From assembly GCA_043228905.1 (NCBI GenBank), contig JBHGNT010000014.1:14322001-14386000 (forward strand): DNA of 64,000 nucleotides. The letters run 5' to 3'. This document shows positions 25,494-37,757 of this stretch, one piece after another. Each line of letters begins with the position of its first letter. Within the stretch, counting starts at the first letter, position 1. The stretch is from Azolla caroliniana. Taxonomy: Eukaryota; Plantae; Polypodiophyta. A program made the translations under genes and the position numbers. Under the pieces are notes generated by a model. The model was not told where the DNA came from. It saw only the letters and a program-made list of their open reading frames with translations, and made no database searches.

Positions 25494-27489
25494 AATCTTT
25501 CATTGAGAAGGTTCGGTTCAAGGCCTTCTTCAGATTTCCGATTTTGGTTCGGTCCGGTCCGACGATCAACATGTCATCCACATATAGCAGGAGTATCAAG
25601 AAGTCTTGTCCGTTGAAATTCTTCACGAATACGCAGTGGTCAGCTTGCGTCTTGTGGTACCCTTGGTCGATCATGAAGGAGTCGAACTTCCGATACCATT
25701 GTCGGGGAGCTTACTTCAGTCTGTATAAGCTCTTCTTCAACCGGCTCACTAGGTGCTCCTTCCCTTTCTTCTCAAATCCTTCCACTTGATGCATGTAGAT
25801 CCCCTCCTTGAGGTCCCCATGGAGGAATGTTGTCTTAACATCGAGTTGTTCAACCTCGAGGTCCATGCTTGCAGCTATGCTCAACACCGTTCGGATGGAT
25901 GTCATCTTTACTACCAGGGCAAAGATCTCATCGAAGTTCACTCCTTTCTCTTGCTGGAAGCCCTTCAACACGATCCGGGCCTTATACCTTGGTGGATTTC
26001 CGGCATATCCCGATTTCAGCTTGTACACCCACTTGCTCCAGAGTGCCCTCTTTCCTTTCGGCAACTCCGTCAGTTCGTATGTGTGGTTCTCATGTAGGGA
26101 ATCCATCTCGTCCTGCATGTCACTCAACCACTTGCGGTTGTGGGTGTCTTTCTTTGCTTCTTCGAAGCTTTCCGGTTCCCCCTCATCGGTCAGCAATACG
26201 TGCTCTGCATTCAGAAATCACCGGGGGGGCTCTTCTCTCTCTAAGAGGGTATCTCCTCCTTGGTATTCCACTACCGGTTCCTCCGTTTGTTTCGAATTTG
26301 AATCCAATTCAGGGTCTTGACCGGTTCCGGTGTCCGATTCTTCTTCTTTTTCTTCTTCAGCCGGTTCGATTTCTTGTTGGAAACCAACTAGTTTGTCAAG
26401 TGTCATCCGGTTACCGGCTAACTTTCGGTTTTCAACCGAGTAAATCCTTGTGTCCTCAAACAGGTTTTCATTGGTTGATCCGGAATCCATCTTCTTCTTG
26501 TCCGACTCCCAATCGGCATCCATGAAGACTATGTCCCGACTCCAGATCATCTTCCTGTCGACCAGATCCCACACTCGGTAACCAAATTCATTATCGTCGT
26601 ATCCAAGGAATATGCATGGCCTGGACTTCAGATCCAACTTTGCTCTCTTGTCCTTTGCGACATGCACATATGCAAGATAGCCAAACACCTTCAGATGTCG
26701 GTAAGATACATCTTTACCGGTCCATACTTTCTATGGTGAGTCTCCTTCCAAGGGTGCCGACAGTGATTTGTTTATCACATAGGTTGCCGTCATCAACGCC
26801 TCAGCCCAAAATGTCTTGGGTAACTTGGCATGTGCTAGCATGCTTCAGACTCTCTCCATTATGGTCTAGTTGATCTATTCAACCAGCCCGTTCAATTCCG
26901 GCGTCTTTGGCACGGTGAAGTTAAGCCAAATTCCCTTCGACCTGAAGTACTCGTCAAATTGCCCTCGGTATTCGCCTCTGTTATCTCCTCGAATCGCCAT
27001 TAGCTTCCGGCTAGTTTCCCTTTCCAGTCTCACTTGTAGCTCCTTGAAGACGGACAACACCTGATCCTTCGTCTTCAACAGTGAGACCCATAGCTTCCGG
27101 TTGTGGTCATCTATGAACGTCACGAAGTATGGCGATCCGGCATGTGACTTCGTGTCCACTTGACACACATCAGTATGCCTTCCGTCTCATCTGTGGTCTT
27201 GACCGGAAGGAGGTTCAGTGTTGATTGCCGGCCAAGCAGTTGGTGCACTTCTCAAGTAGCATGTCTTTTACCTCCGGAATGAGGTTATCTTCGACAAGTC
27301 TTCTCATCCCCTTTGGCTCATATGACAATATCTCTTGTGCCACGGCCCTCTGGCATTATCGGATGCTACGTTCACTTCTTCCCGGCATATTCGGGCGTGC
27401 ATCAAGTATAGTGTGTTGATCTTCCGGGCTCGAGCCATGATCACGCTTCCTTTGCTAAATTGCATGCCTCCATTCCGGATGCTACCCAT

Positions 27490-30400
27490 TGTTGTGATAT
27501 TCCGCGAGCGCGTGTAGGATCCGAGGTGGGACCGTAGGGGTCTTAAACTAGGGAGTTGAGGAGAAGGAATAAGACACGAAACGAAAGCTTACCTCAAGAG
27601 GAGAGGAGAATGAATATGACATGAAGATTGAACAAGAGATGGATAGAGGCAAAATACTCAACAAGTTATATTAAGAAAACACAAATGAATACAACCATGG
27701 CGGCATAGGCCAAAACCCAACGACTACAAGAATCCCTAACCGGATAAGTAAAGTAAAGAAGATGAATAAGGAAACCCTAAGCAAAACCCTAACCCTAAAC
27801 CGAAATGGGAAGAAGAAGAACCCTAGAACTATGTGGTATACCTTTCACACTCAAAAATAGGTAACCCCTTCACAAGTGACCCCTCCCTTCCTTTTATAGC
27901 CCAAGGAGGGAGGGACCTTACAATGTGGGATAAATTTCCCCTCTTTATTCTATACACCATTTTACATTGTAAGTGTGCACATGTTGCACACCGCCGACTT
28001 GCCCATTCCATGCTGGTTTCACACCGTAGCTGGAAATCTTCACGACATCCAGCCCCACCAAACCGCACATCCACCAGTATGTGCCAAGAGAAGCAGGGTG
28101 AGAGATTTCAGCTACGGTGATCAACCGGGTCATCCGCCGTCCCGACACCCGACCGCTTTGCCGGCTCCTACGTTCATGCCTTCCTCCTCGATCGGTCCTC
28201 CTGAATGCCATTGCCGATCCGGTCTCTCTTCCTTTGTCCGCCGCATATGTCCTCCAGATGCGCTCTCTATCTCTTTGATCGCAAGCCAAATTCCACCCGT
28301 CGCATGCCGCGTATGTCCCTCCTCCGGTTTGATCGTCTCCGCGTCCCAAACACCTCGGTGTTACGACTCTCTCCGCTCCGCGCTTGCCTTCCGTAGGCTC
28401 TTCCCGTGCATCGATGTTGTCCTCCGAATACGCGCTCGTTTTTTGGTCCTTACGTGACCCCATTACGTGCTCCTCGCTTCTCCCTTGCTCTTCGTGCTCT
28501 CTCGCGGTAGGGCGTACCTCCATCCCGACATCCGTGTCAGTGTAACCAGCTTCGGCGTCCTTTGCGGCTCTCATTACCGCTTCGTCTCGACTCGCGCCCT
28601 CTTGGTCCTCTTGGCTTTGCATGCCCTCCGGAAAGCCGTGCTTCCTCTTCCCGGCTCGTAGCCCTTTGTTCTCCGCGCACCTCCTCCGGTTTCCAAGACA
28701 CATCCTTCCGCTCACACCGTCCATCCGTCGATCCCGACACCTCACCGCTCTGTCCTCCGTCTCGTACTTGCCTCTCAAAGGCTCGACCGGACCGCTATCA
28801 TCGGTCACTCGTTGCTGCTCTTCCGGGTGCATGCTCGTTCTTTGGCCCTCCGTCGATTGTAATGCATGCTCCGTATCGCGTCGTAGTGAGTTACACACTT
28901 ATCCCACCGTAGTCCCGACCTCCACGTCGGCCTCTTCTCCCTTCGTTGTCGTAGCCCCTTCTGACTCCGGCTTATTGTCTTGGCCCCGCTCGTCCATCAT
29001 TCCATATCGGATACCCGTTCCGGTAACCTCGTCCGCTCCGGTAACCTTGTCCTCCCCGACTTCCGACTCCTAGCCACCACCCGCCGTCTCTCCGGTCTTA
29101 CGTTGATCCGCAACCGCCAAAGTCTCTAGAATACGTGTGGAGGGTTCCTCTTGTTTCCAATCTTCCACCGGACCGTAGTTGTTGCATCCGCTTGGCCTCC
29201 TTCTCACGCTCACCGGCTCCCACCGCGTGTAGTGGCTCGTGTACCTCAACCTCCAATCATGCCGGCATAACCCTTGCCCAGATCAGTCTCGACCGTTCGG
29301 GTTCGGGTTTGGATGGCTCTCTTCCATGATCGTAATCGACCGGTACGAGTTTGACCAAACAATCCCAGCCTTGCCAGCTCTTCTTCAATTCAGGCCCGGT
29401 TGACCGGGCCCCACTCCAATATTTTTCCGCGTCCTCTTCTAGTCGTGTCAGATTACCGACCGGTTCATCTTCCGGTTGGGTTGGTTCCCGACTCTCTCCT
29501 CTTTGCCGCTCCCAGCCTCCCTTTTAGTCCTTCCGCACGTGCCCGCTCTGGGCCTCGCATCCTCACTGTTACCGCCCATCTCTTCAGTCTAATGTTGGTA
29601 CGTAACCGCTGAAGTCTCTGGCCCCAGTGTTGAGGGATCTTCCTCGTTCTCATTTCGGTCACCCGCCTTGCCACCGCCACCGTCTGTCACTCTAGGTCTC
29701 ACGCCGACTCTCGGGCCGGCCGCGGGAGTCTCTAGAACCGGTGCGGGTAAGATCCCGGCACCGCCACTCATTATGTCTGTAGGCACCTCCATCCGGATGT
29801 CGTTGTTCATGGCTACCCCGTCTCCGATCACGGAAGCCTCGATTACTCTTGCCGCCTCCTCCTCCTCGATCTCCTTGCCATCGTCTTGGTTTACCCGCCT
29901 TGCCACCGCCACCATTCGTCATTCTAGGTCTCACACCAACTCTCGGGCCGGACGCCGGAGTCTCTAGAATCGGTGTGGGTAAGGTCCTGGCACCACCGCT
30001 CGTTTCCTCCCCTCTTGATGTTTCGGGCCACCGTGTCCCAAATCCTCCGCCCATCAACACATGCCCCATCATCCACGCATAGGGAGGCTTCTTCCTCCGC
30101 ATCGTCCGATTGTCTCCGGCCCGCCTCTATAATAAGCCCTTCTTCGGCTTCGAACTTCGCCTTCACGCTCTCGCACGCCTCCCATACCAACGCCTCTAGG
30201 TCGTACTCCTCCGGTTGATCGCGCATCGAGCTCTATTCCGGCGGTAGTGCGTAGCTGCTCACTGCCCTCTCTTCTCCGCCGCTCACAGGCCACGTTGTTG
30301 CCGACCGCTCCCCATCGGGTTGCCGGCATACCCATGCCGGTTTCGCATATCCGTATGCCTCCAATAGAGTTCCCTCAAAGGTCTCCCACGACTTGTGAGC

Positions 30401-31274
30401 TTCTTGAAGCTCCTTGAACTCTTTGTGCACCAATACAGCCACCACTCGACGAAAATATTCTAGCCGCATCGCTTTGTCCATGCCCCTCTTCGTCATCTCG
30501 GCATTGTACGCTTCCAAGAACCTCGGGACATCGTCCCTATTGAATCGGCCGACTCGATCGACCATCCTCTCGACGGCTTGTTGAGCCGCATCTTGCCTCG
30601 CCTTCTTCCGATAGGCATCCATCACAATCCTCACCATCATATCCGCAAATTCGAAGTCTTCGTCTTCCAACTCCATCCTCCCTTGCCGCCTCTTCACGTC
30701 GGGTTCACCAAAGATGTCGCGATATTCCGCGAGCGCGTGTAGGATCCGAGGCGGGACCGTAGGGGTCTTAAACTAGGGAGTTGAGGAGAAGGAATAAGAC
30801 ACGAAACGGAAGCTTACCTCAAGAGGAGAGGAGAATGAATATGACATGAAGATTGAACAAGAGATGGATGGAGGCAAAATACTCAACAAGTTATATTAAG
30901 AAAACACAAACGAATACAACTATGGCGGCATAGGCCAAAACCCAACGACTACAAGAAACCCTAACCAGATAAGTAAAGTAAAGAAGATGAATAAGGAAAC
31001 CTTAAGCGAAACCCTAACCCTAAACCGAAATGGGAAGAAGAAGAACTCTAGAACTATGTGGTATACCTTTCAGACACTTAAAAATAGACAACCCCTTCAC
31101 AAGTGACCCCTCCCTTCCTTTTATAGCCCAAGGAGGGAGGGACCTTACAATGTGGGATAAATTTCCCCTCTTTATTCTATACACCATTTTACATTGTAAG
31201 TGTGCACATGTTGCACACCGCCGACTTGCTCATTCCATCTCGGTTTCACACCGTAGCCGGAAATCTGCACGACA
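27490..31274 (-). mobile_element. Second gag-only tRNA-Trp-primed LTR element; 5' LTR 30715-31274, 3' LTR 27490-28047, PBS 30693-30710, decayed gag 30697-30233
   Basis: 18-nt TTCACGTCGGGTTCACCA matches the tRNA-Trp 3' end. Gag RFNRDDVPRFLEAYNAEM is homologous to ORF 14466. Flanks CCAT/TCGT derive from TSD CCGT and restore host EGYTGSIRNG. Confidence 0.88.
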
Positions 31275-31958
31275 TCGTGTAGCCTTCATTATCTAGGCGA
31301 TCGACTGATATCAAGTTCAACCTAACCTCTAAAACGTGTCGGGCATCCTTCAGCAACAGCTTGCAGCTAGTTGATGTCGTCAACCACACATCTCCTATGC
31401 TGACAATTTGGCATGACCCTTCATTCCCCATCTGGACACAACCAATTTCCCCGGTTTTGTAGGACGAGAACCATTTCCGGTTCGGTGTCAGGTGGAACAA
31501 TGCTCCGGAATCGACAAGCCACGTTGTCTCATCGCCAACAAGGTTTAACTCATTCTTCTCGGTGATGAGCAACAGTTCTTCTTCACTTATCGCAATCGTC
31601 GACATTCCTTTCCGATCCGAACCTCTCCGGTCCGAACCATTTCTGTCCGAACTCTTCTTCGAATCAGTGTTGTCGGTCCCTTTCTCTTTCCGAAAATGCT
31701 GACATTTCTTCTAGAAGTGCCCCAGCTTTCCAACAGTAGAAGCAAGTAGGTTTCCCCCTTGACTTTGACCTTGTCCCCGATTTGTCTCGGTTTTGGGGAC
31801 TCCGATTTCGGCCTCTTCCCCGGTTATGGTCATCTTCCGTGAGCAAGGCCTCCGGATCAGTTCCGATGTCGTGTGGTTTTTCCCACACGATATGAAAACT
31901 AGTAAAACAATTATTTAAGATTAGCTTGATGGTTTGATATGGAAAGATAGATTTCTTC

Positions 31959-32648
31959 TGTTGGGAACTCGACGTTCCTTGTGTCCGACGCTCGGCCACA
32001 ACCGAGATTATTTACATACACAGAAAACAGGTAATGAAAACGCGACACAAAAGAGGAGAAGAAGAGGAGAAATGGTACACAGGAGGTATACGTGGAAAAC
32101 CCCAAAATAGGGGAAAAACCACGGCAGCCCACAAGCTGCAAACTGTCACTATGCAGAAATATACAACAGTGAGATCACTGAGGCAACGACCTCGTGTTCT
32201 CAGATCTTCGCCACAGGCGGCGGTTACAACAGAGGCAACGACCTCGTCTCTCTCTCTCTCTCTCTCTCTCTGTGTACAGTTACGCGCTCTAATTTCTTCT
32301 TGCACCAACAAGGAAGAATAATAATCACACACATCATAATCTAAAAGTTTGCCCTAAGTCATATTTATACTAATATGACTTTTCGACTATTTACAAATGT
32401 AGCCTCGATGGGCTCCATCCGACTCTCCGCAGTCGGGTACTCCTAATCCGGTTCATACCGGGCCTACACCATCCGACTCTCCGAAGTCGGGTTCTCCTCA
32501 TCCGGTTCATACCGGGCCTACACCATCCGACTCTCCGAAGTCGGGTTCTCCTCATCCGGTTCATACCGGGCCTACACCATTCGACTCTCCGAAGTCGGGT
32601 TCTCCCTATTCGGTTCATACCGTTTCGGCCTCGGCCTATCTACCAACA
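31959..32648 (-). mobile_element. Solo LTR related to the Tork-like Copia LTR; TSD TCTTC
   Basis: TGTTG...CAACA ends with TCTTC on both sides. Shares cggccacaaccgaga and gaggcaac..cctcg with 37285-38067. Confidence 0.85.
32415..32620. repeat. 54-bp tandem repeat, about 4 copies, within the solo LTR
   Basis: Unit ccatccgactctccgaagtcgggttctcctcatccggttcataccgggcctaca at 32415, 32469, 32523 and 32577. Confidence 0.9.
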
Positions 32649-33363
32649 TCTTCAAGAGCTTCATCACGCATTTACTACACATAAAACAAATAAACAAGTA
32701 TCAAGTTATGTGTGTGTGTAGTTTGAGAAGAAGAGGAAAACAAAATTGTGAGATATCCCACATAGATAGGACAACATCGGATCCCAGAGTATATAAGGAG
32801 AGCCAAAACCAATTGCATTATGTCTATGTGTGAAGCACAAAATGTTCAAGGTTGGACTTGGGTTACACTATCTGAATGGATGGATGTGTTGGCTTAATTA
32901 CTCCTAATGGTTTTGGACAGACTAGACGACGACGGAACCGGAACCGGATGGACGGTGATAGAACCGGAACCAGACCGGATGGCAACCGAATGGGATCGGA
33001 TGCAACCAAACCGAGCCGGACGGATCGGGCTAGATGCAATCGGACGGATCATGCGGCGAACTAAAGTAAAGTAAAGTAAAGGTTATGTGAACACATGCAA
33101 CTAAAGTCAAACTTTATGTACAGTAAAGGTCATGTGGATGCATGCAATTGAACTGAAGATGGAAACTGGAGTTCCTTCATGCAAGTGCGAGAAGGGAGGA
33201 GAAAAGCTAGCTCTCGATGATCCATCCATAAGGAAGAATGGGCCTTAGGGGATCAAAGCCATCTTTTGGGGAAAAACCCCTAATTTTCTGATCGAAGCCA
33301 TAAACCCTAATTTTCCTTACGAAAACTATCTCTCACATAAACCCTAATTTTCCTTACGGAAAC

Positions 33364-36300
33364 TGAAAAGAATGGCGTGCGAAAGCAATATAGAAAAACC
33401 GAACAACAAAAAACGCAGGTTTAATGGAAAGCTTAGGTTTGCACAGTACACACGGGAGAGACAGAGAGAGAGTAAACACAAGAACTTAATTCAAAAATAA
33501 TGCTCAATCTGTACATAGGATGTGCTCAGTGAGCACTTTTATACAAGCCCTTACAATCGGCTGGCACAAGTACTGACAGTACTTGACTACTCATAAATGA
33601 GCCTCGACTCTTACTCCCAAAACTATTCCTTACGAGGAATATCTTTCTAACGGCCTTTCGGTTTACACACCGATACGTCCTTCCTACGCCCCGGTTTGCG
33701 TACCGATTTACGCATATGTTTTACGCACCAGTCCGGCCTAACCGATCGGTCCCAACCAATCCGGTCCTCGGCTTGCTCAGCCGATCCGGCCGATGTTGAG
33801 CGTGTCTCTCAACACTCCCCCTCAAGCTCAACTTGAGGCTCTTCGGGATCTTCCAGATCATTGCTCCGGTTCCTCCTGGCTCCACGCCTCGCTCACGCTC
33901 CTCGTCCTTTTTGACTCCGTGCGCTTCGACCCTTCCGGTCGGTACGGACCTTCATAGCTCCCTTGCTATCGCAGTGTTGGCGCTTCTCCTGCTACCTTCT
34001 TTTCTGCTTGGCCCTTAGTTGATTCAGTGTATCCGAATCAAACACTCGAACCGACTCGGCTACCTCCGATCGGTTTTCGCTCTCGTCCGAGTTGACTGTC
34101 TCCAACTCGTCTTCGGTCTTCTCGCCCTTGACAACATCATCTCCCCCATGTTTGGTTGGCTTTGGCTCTTTCTTCCGGTTGCTCCCCTTATATCCACTTT
34201 CGGACTCTTCCGCGGATCCGCCCTCGGCTTCTTCAACCAATCTGAAATCGAATTCGTCATCCGACTCGGCGCTACGGTCTTTTCCGCTCCTTTCCTGCTC
34301 CCTTCTATGGTCATCTGGGACGTCTCTCCCCCTCAAAGTTCGGCACGTCGAGGTGACGCAACCCAAGCGCGGCGCGCCAATTCGCGTCCTTAGCTGCTTC
34401 TGCGTAGCTCTCCAGCTCACGTACTTCCGCTACACGGGTCATGTACGCATAATGATGCGCCATTGTACTTGTTGTATCCGAACCGCACACTGGGTTCTTC
34501 TGGAGGATAGATCGGCGTAATCGGTCATTAGCCGATGTCGAGGTCTTCTCGGCCGACGCGGACTTCGCTCTTGAAAACCCGTCACTGCTTCCCTCAGAGT
34601 CGGAGTCACGTCGGTCTGACTCGTTCCTATCCGTGCCGGAATCCGAAACCTTCTTCTTCCCTTTCTCTTTGCGCGTAAGCCGTCTCCTCCGCTTCCTGCG
34701 CGGGCAATGTATGGTCGAGTCTCCACTACTCGCTGGCTCTTCATCGGACTGGTCTAAACGACTCAGTCGTCCATTCGGTCCACTTAACCGAAACAAAATC
34801 GGACTCTCTTTGCGGGTCCTGATTTCATGCTCATTCGGAGGCATCTCAGTCTCGCTGACCTCATCGTCAGAACCCGGATTGGAGGTGAGGTCCGGAGTCG
34901 GGGGCAAGTAGCAGGACACGGACTCATCAAACACAACGTCGTGGCTCATGCGCGCTTGTTTGGTACGTGGGTTATAGCACTTATAACCCTTCTGCTCGTC
35001 CGAATAGCCGACCAAGATACACTTCTCGGCTTTCGCGTCCAACTTCCTCCTTTTCTCCTTCGGCACATGCACATACGCAATGCTACCGAAAACTCGTAAG
35101 TGTCGCAAGTTCGGCTTCGTTCTAAAATATAGCTCGTGCGTCGACACTTTATCTCCGATCCGATTCTGGATGTATACCACCTCAGCCCAGTAGAACTTGG
35201 GCAAGCTCTTCTCTTCCAGCATTGCTCGTGCCACTTCCACAACCGACCGATTTTTCCTCTCGGCCACGCCGTTTTGCTCCGGCGTGTATCTGCAACTGAA
35301 TTCGCACCGAATTCCCATTTATTGTAGATAACCGTTGAATTGACCGGAAAAGTATTCTTTTCCGCCATCCGACCGCAGGCACTTGATCTGTCTTCCAGTT
35401 TCCGTTTCCATGAACCCTTTGAGGTCTTGCAAACAGTCGAAGACTTCGCTCTTCCTCTCGATGAGGTAGATCCATGTGTGTTGCGTGTAGTCGTCGATGA
35501 AGGAGACGAAATATCGGCTCCCGCCAAGACTAACGTTTTGTGTCGGCCCCCACACATCGGAGTGTATCACGTCGAGCTTGTTCCGGCTCTGGTTATGCTC
35601 GTTGGGGAAGGGAAGTCAGTGTTGCTTCCCAAGCTGGCAGGCTTCACAAATTTGTGCCTTCCGGCCACTAAATTTGGGCAATCCGAACACCACTTGTTTT
35701 GATTGCAGTTCTTGAAGCCGCTGGTAGTTGACGTGTCCTATCCGCTTGTGCCACCATTAGTAGAGTCGAGGATGAACATCCTCCCATCTCTGTGCCCTTG
35801 CGCAATAATACGACCTTCTTCCTGAATGAGGCACCCGAGGTGTGTAAACTGAACCTGCATCCCCTGGTCGACGATCTGCCCGACCGACACCAGATTCTTC
35901 GTGATGGTCGGGACATGTAACACGTTCATAAGTTTCCCTTTTTGCCCGACATGGCTCAAGGGAACTTCCCTGACATTCGCAATCGGATGCGGAGTGTCGT
36001 CTCCGGTTGCGATTATTCCTGGTTGCGTCAGTTTCTCAAGGTATGAGAACCACTCCTCGTGGCACGTCATGTGGTTTGACACGCCGGAGTCGACGTACCA
36101 CACCTCCTCTGACTTCGGGGTGATCTTCTTCATTGAGTTTGCTTCGTGTCTCGTCACGAAGACTGGGACAAGTACTGACAGTACTTGACTGCTCATAAAT
36201 GAGCCTCGACTCTTACTCCCAAAACTATTCCTTTTGAGGAATATCTTTCTAACGACCTTTCGGTTTATGTACCGATACGTCCTTCCTACGCACTGGTTTA

Positions 36301-36404
36301 CGCATCCGTTTTACGCACCGGTCCGACCTAACTGATCGGTCCCAACCGATCTGGTCCTTGGCTTGCTCAGCCGATCCGGCCGATGTTGAGCTTGTCTCTC
36401 AACA
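33364..36404 (-). mobile_element. Internally deleted RLC5-like Copia (keeps PR-IN, lacks gag and RT-RH); 3' LTR 33364-33814, truncated 5' LTR ~36165-36404; TSD GAAAC
   Basis: WYVDSGVSNHMT, HSDVWGP and TPEQNGVAERKNR motifs. PPT next to 33815. GAAAC on both flanks. Confidence 0.87.
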
Positions 36405-37529
36405 GAAACTATCTCTCAAAAACCTTAATTTTCCTTACGAAAGCTATGTCTCACATAAACCCTAATTTTTCTTATCTATTAATCTCTTTAAACCTAAACT
36501 TCTGTAATCCCAATCTTGGGATAGATTGTAATTTTTCTTTTCCTTTCTTAATGAAATTTATTAAATTTTCTTGTTTCCTTTAATTCTTAAAGTATAAACG
36601 CACGAATTTGATATCCTCTGGTCGGAGGCCCCGGGGTCCTGCCTCAAGTTCACGTGTCTTTGTCATATTTTCACGACACCGGAATCCCGGTCCTTCCGGC
36701 GAGCTTCTTCATCTAGCAAGCTTGATTTTACCCTTGCTAGGGACAACTACTTTCCTTCCGGCCCAGCGTTGCCCAAAGTGATAACTAGCGTCTCCCAACT
36801 ATCCGGGAGGGAACCGAGCAAGAGCAATGCAAGTATTTCGTCGGCCAGAGGTACTTCATGTGAAGTTGTTTGATTTATGAGCCCCTGGAATGCGTTCATG
36901 TGCTCCGCCATGCTGGATCTGTCCTAGTACCGGAGTCTCACTAACTTCCAGAATACTGAAACCCAATTTACGGCGTTTTTGCTCTCCAGCATGATGCTGA
37001 TTTTCTCCAAGAGCACATGAGCCTTACTTTCTTCATTGAAGTTGTTGTATATGCTCATGTCGATGAAGCACCGTATGTATGTCGTCGTCTTCATGTGCAT
37101 CACCTCCCATGTCGTGGCATCGATCTTATCCGGTTTCTTGTCCCTGAATCGTACCGACAGCCAAAGATCTTTGACCACGAGCATGTCCCTCATCTTCGAC
37201 TTCCACACTGGGTAGTTGGAGCCGGTGAGCTTGAACATGTTTCCGAATGACTCTTCCATTTTCTTGTTCGCTCTAATAGCAGATTGTGAGGAATAATCTC
37301 GGCCACAACCGAGACTCAAACACTTTATGAAAGAACAAAACAGAAATGGAGGTTGGTACACTTACACAGAAGAGACGACACAGGATGTTTACGTGGAAAA
37401 CCCTAATAGGGAAAAACCATGGGAGCCCACAGACCCCAACTACCACTCTATGAGAAAGGAGGTACAAGAGGAGACTTAGAGGCAACAACCTCGAGCTCTG
37501 TATCTTCGCCAATCGGCGGCTTCACTTCT

Positions 37530-37757
37530 TTTTTCTTTTTCTTTTTCTTTTTTTTATCATAACTTGCTTACCCTAGTGGTAAGTCGATAACACTACAAGC
37601 ACTGTGTCTTGGGTTCAAAACCCAATTTTCTCACATGTTTATTATATACTTCATATATATCTCTATTTCACTAGATGCCACTGTGGAATGTAGGGGTTGA
37701 ACCCATGACCACCTGGTCTCCATTGGGCAACCTTACCAACTGAGCTACATCCATCTG
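37530..37757 (-). mobile_element. tRNA-derived SINE with A-rich tail and 15-bp TSD GGCGGCTTCACTTCT, inserted in the Copia 5' LTR
   Basis: Minus-strand head GGATGTAGCTCAGTTGG (A box) ... GGTTCAACCC (B box). T-run at 37530-37555. TSD at 37515-37529 and 37758-37772. Confidence 0.85.

Larger units (their letters stand above)
31867..36678. mobile_element. Solo LTR with TGTCGTG...CACGACA ends and 4-bp TSD CCGG/CCGA, expanded by two nested insertions
   Basis: Removal restores host gag DRDSGTDPEALL in frame. Confidence 0.75.

Noticed and set aside
27945-30100. Many overlapping ORFs as independent genes
   Set aside because: This is the GC-rich, internally duplicated, frameshifted tail of the gag-only element, and most ORFs are shadow frames.
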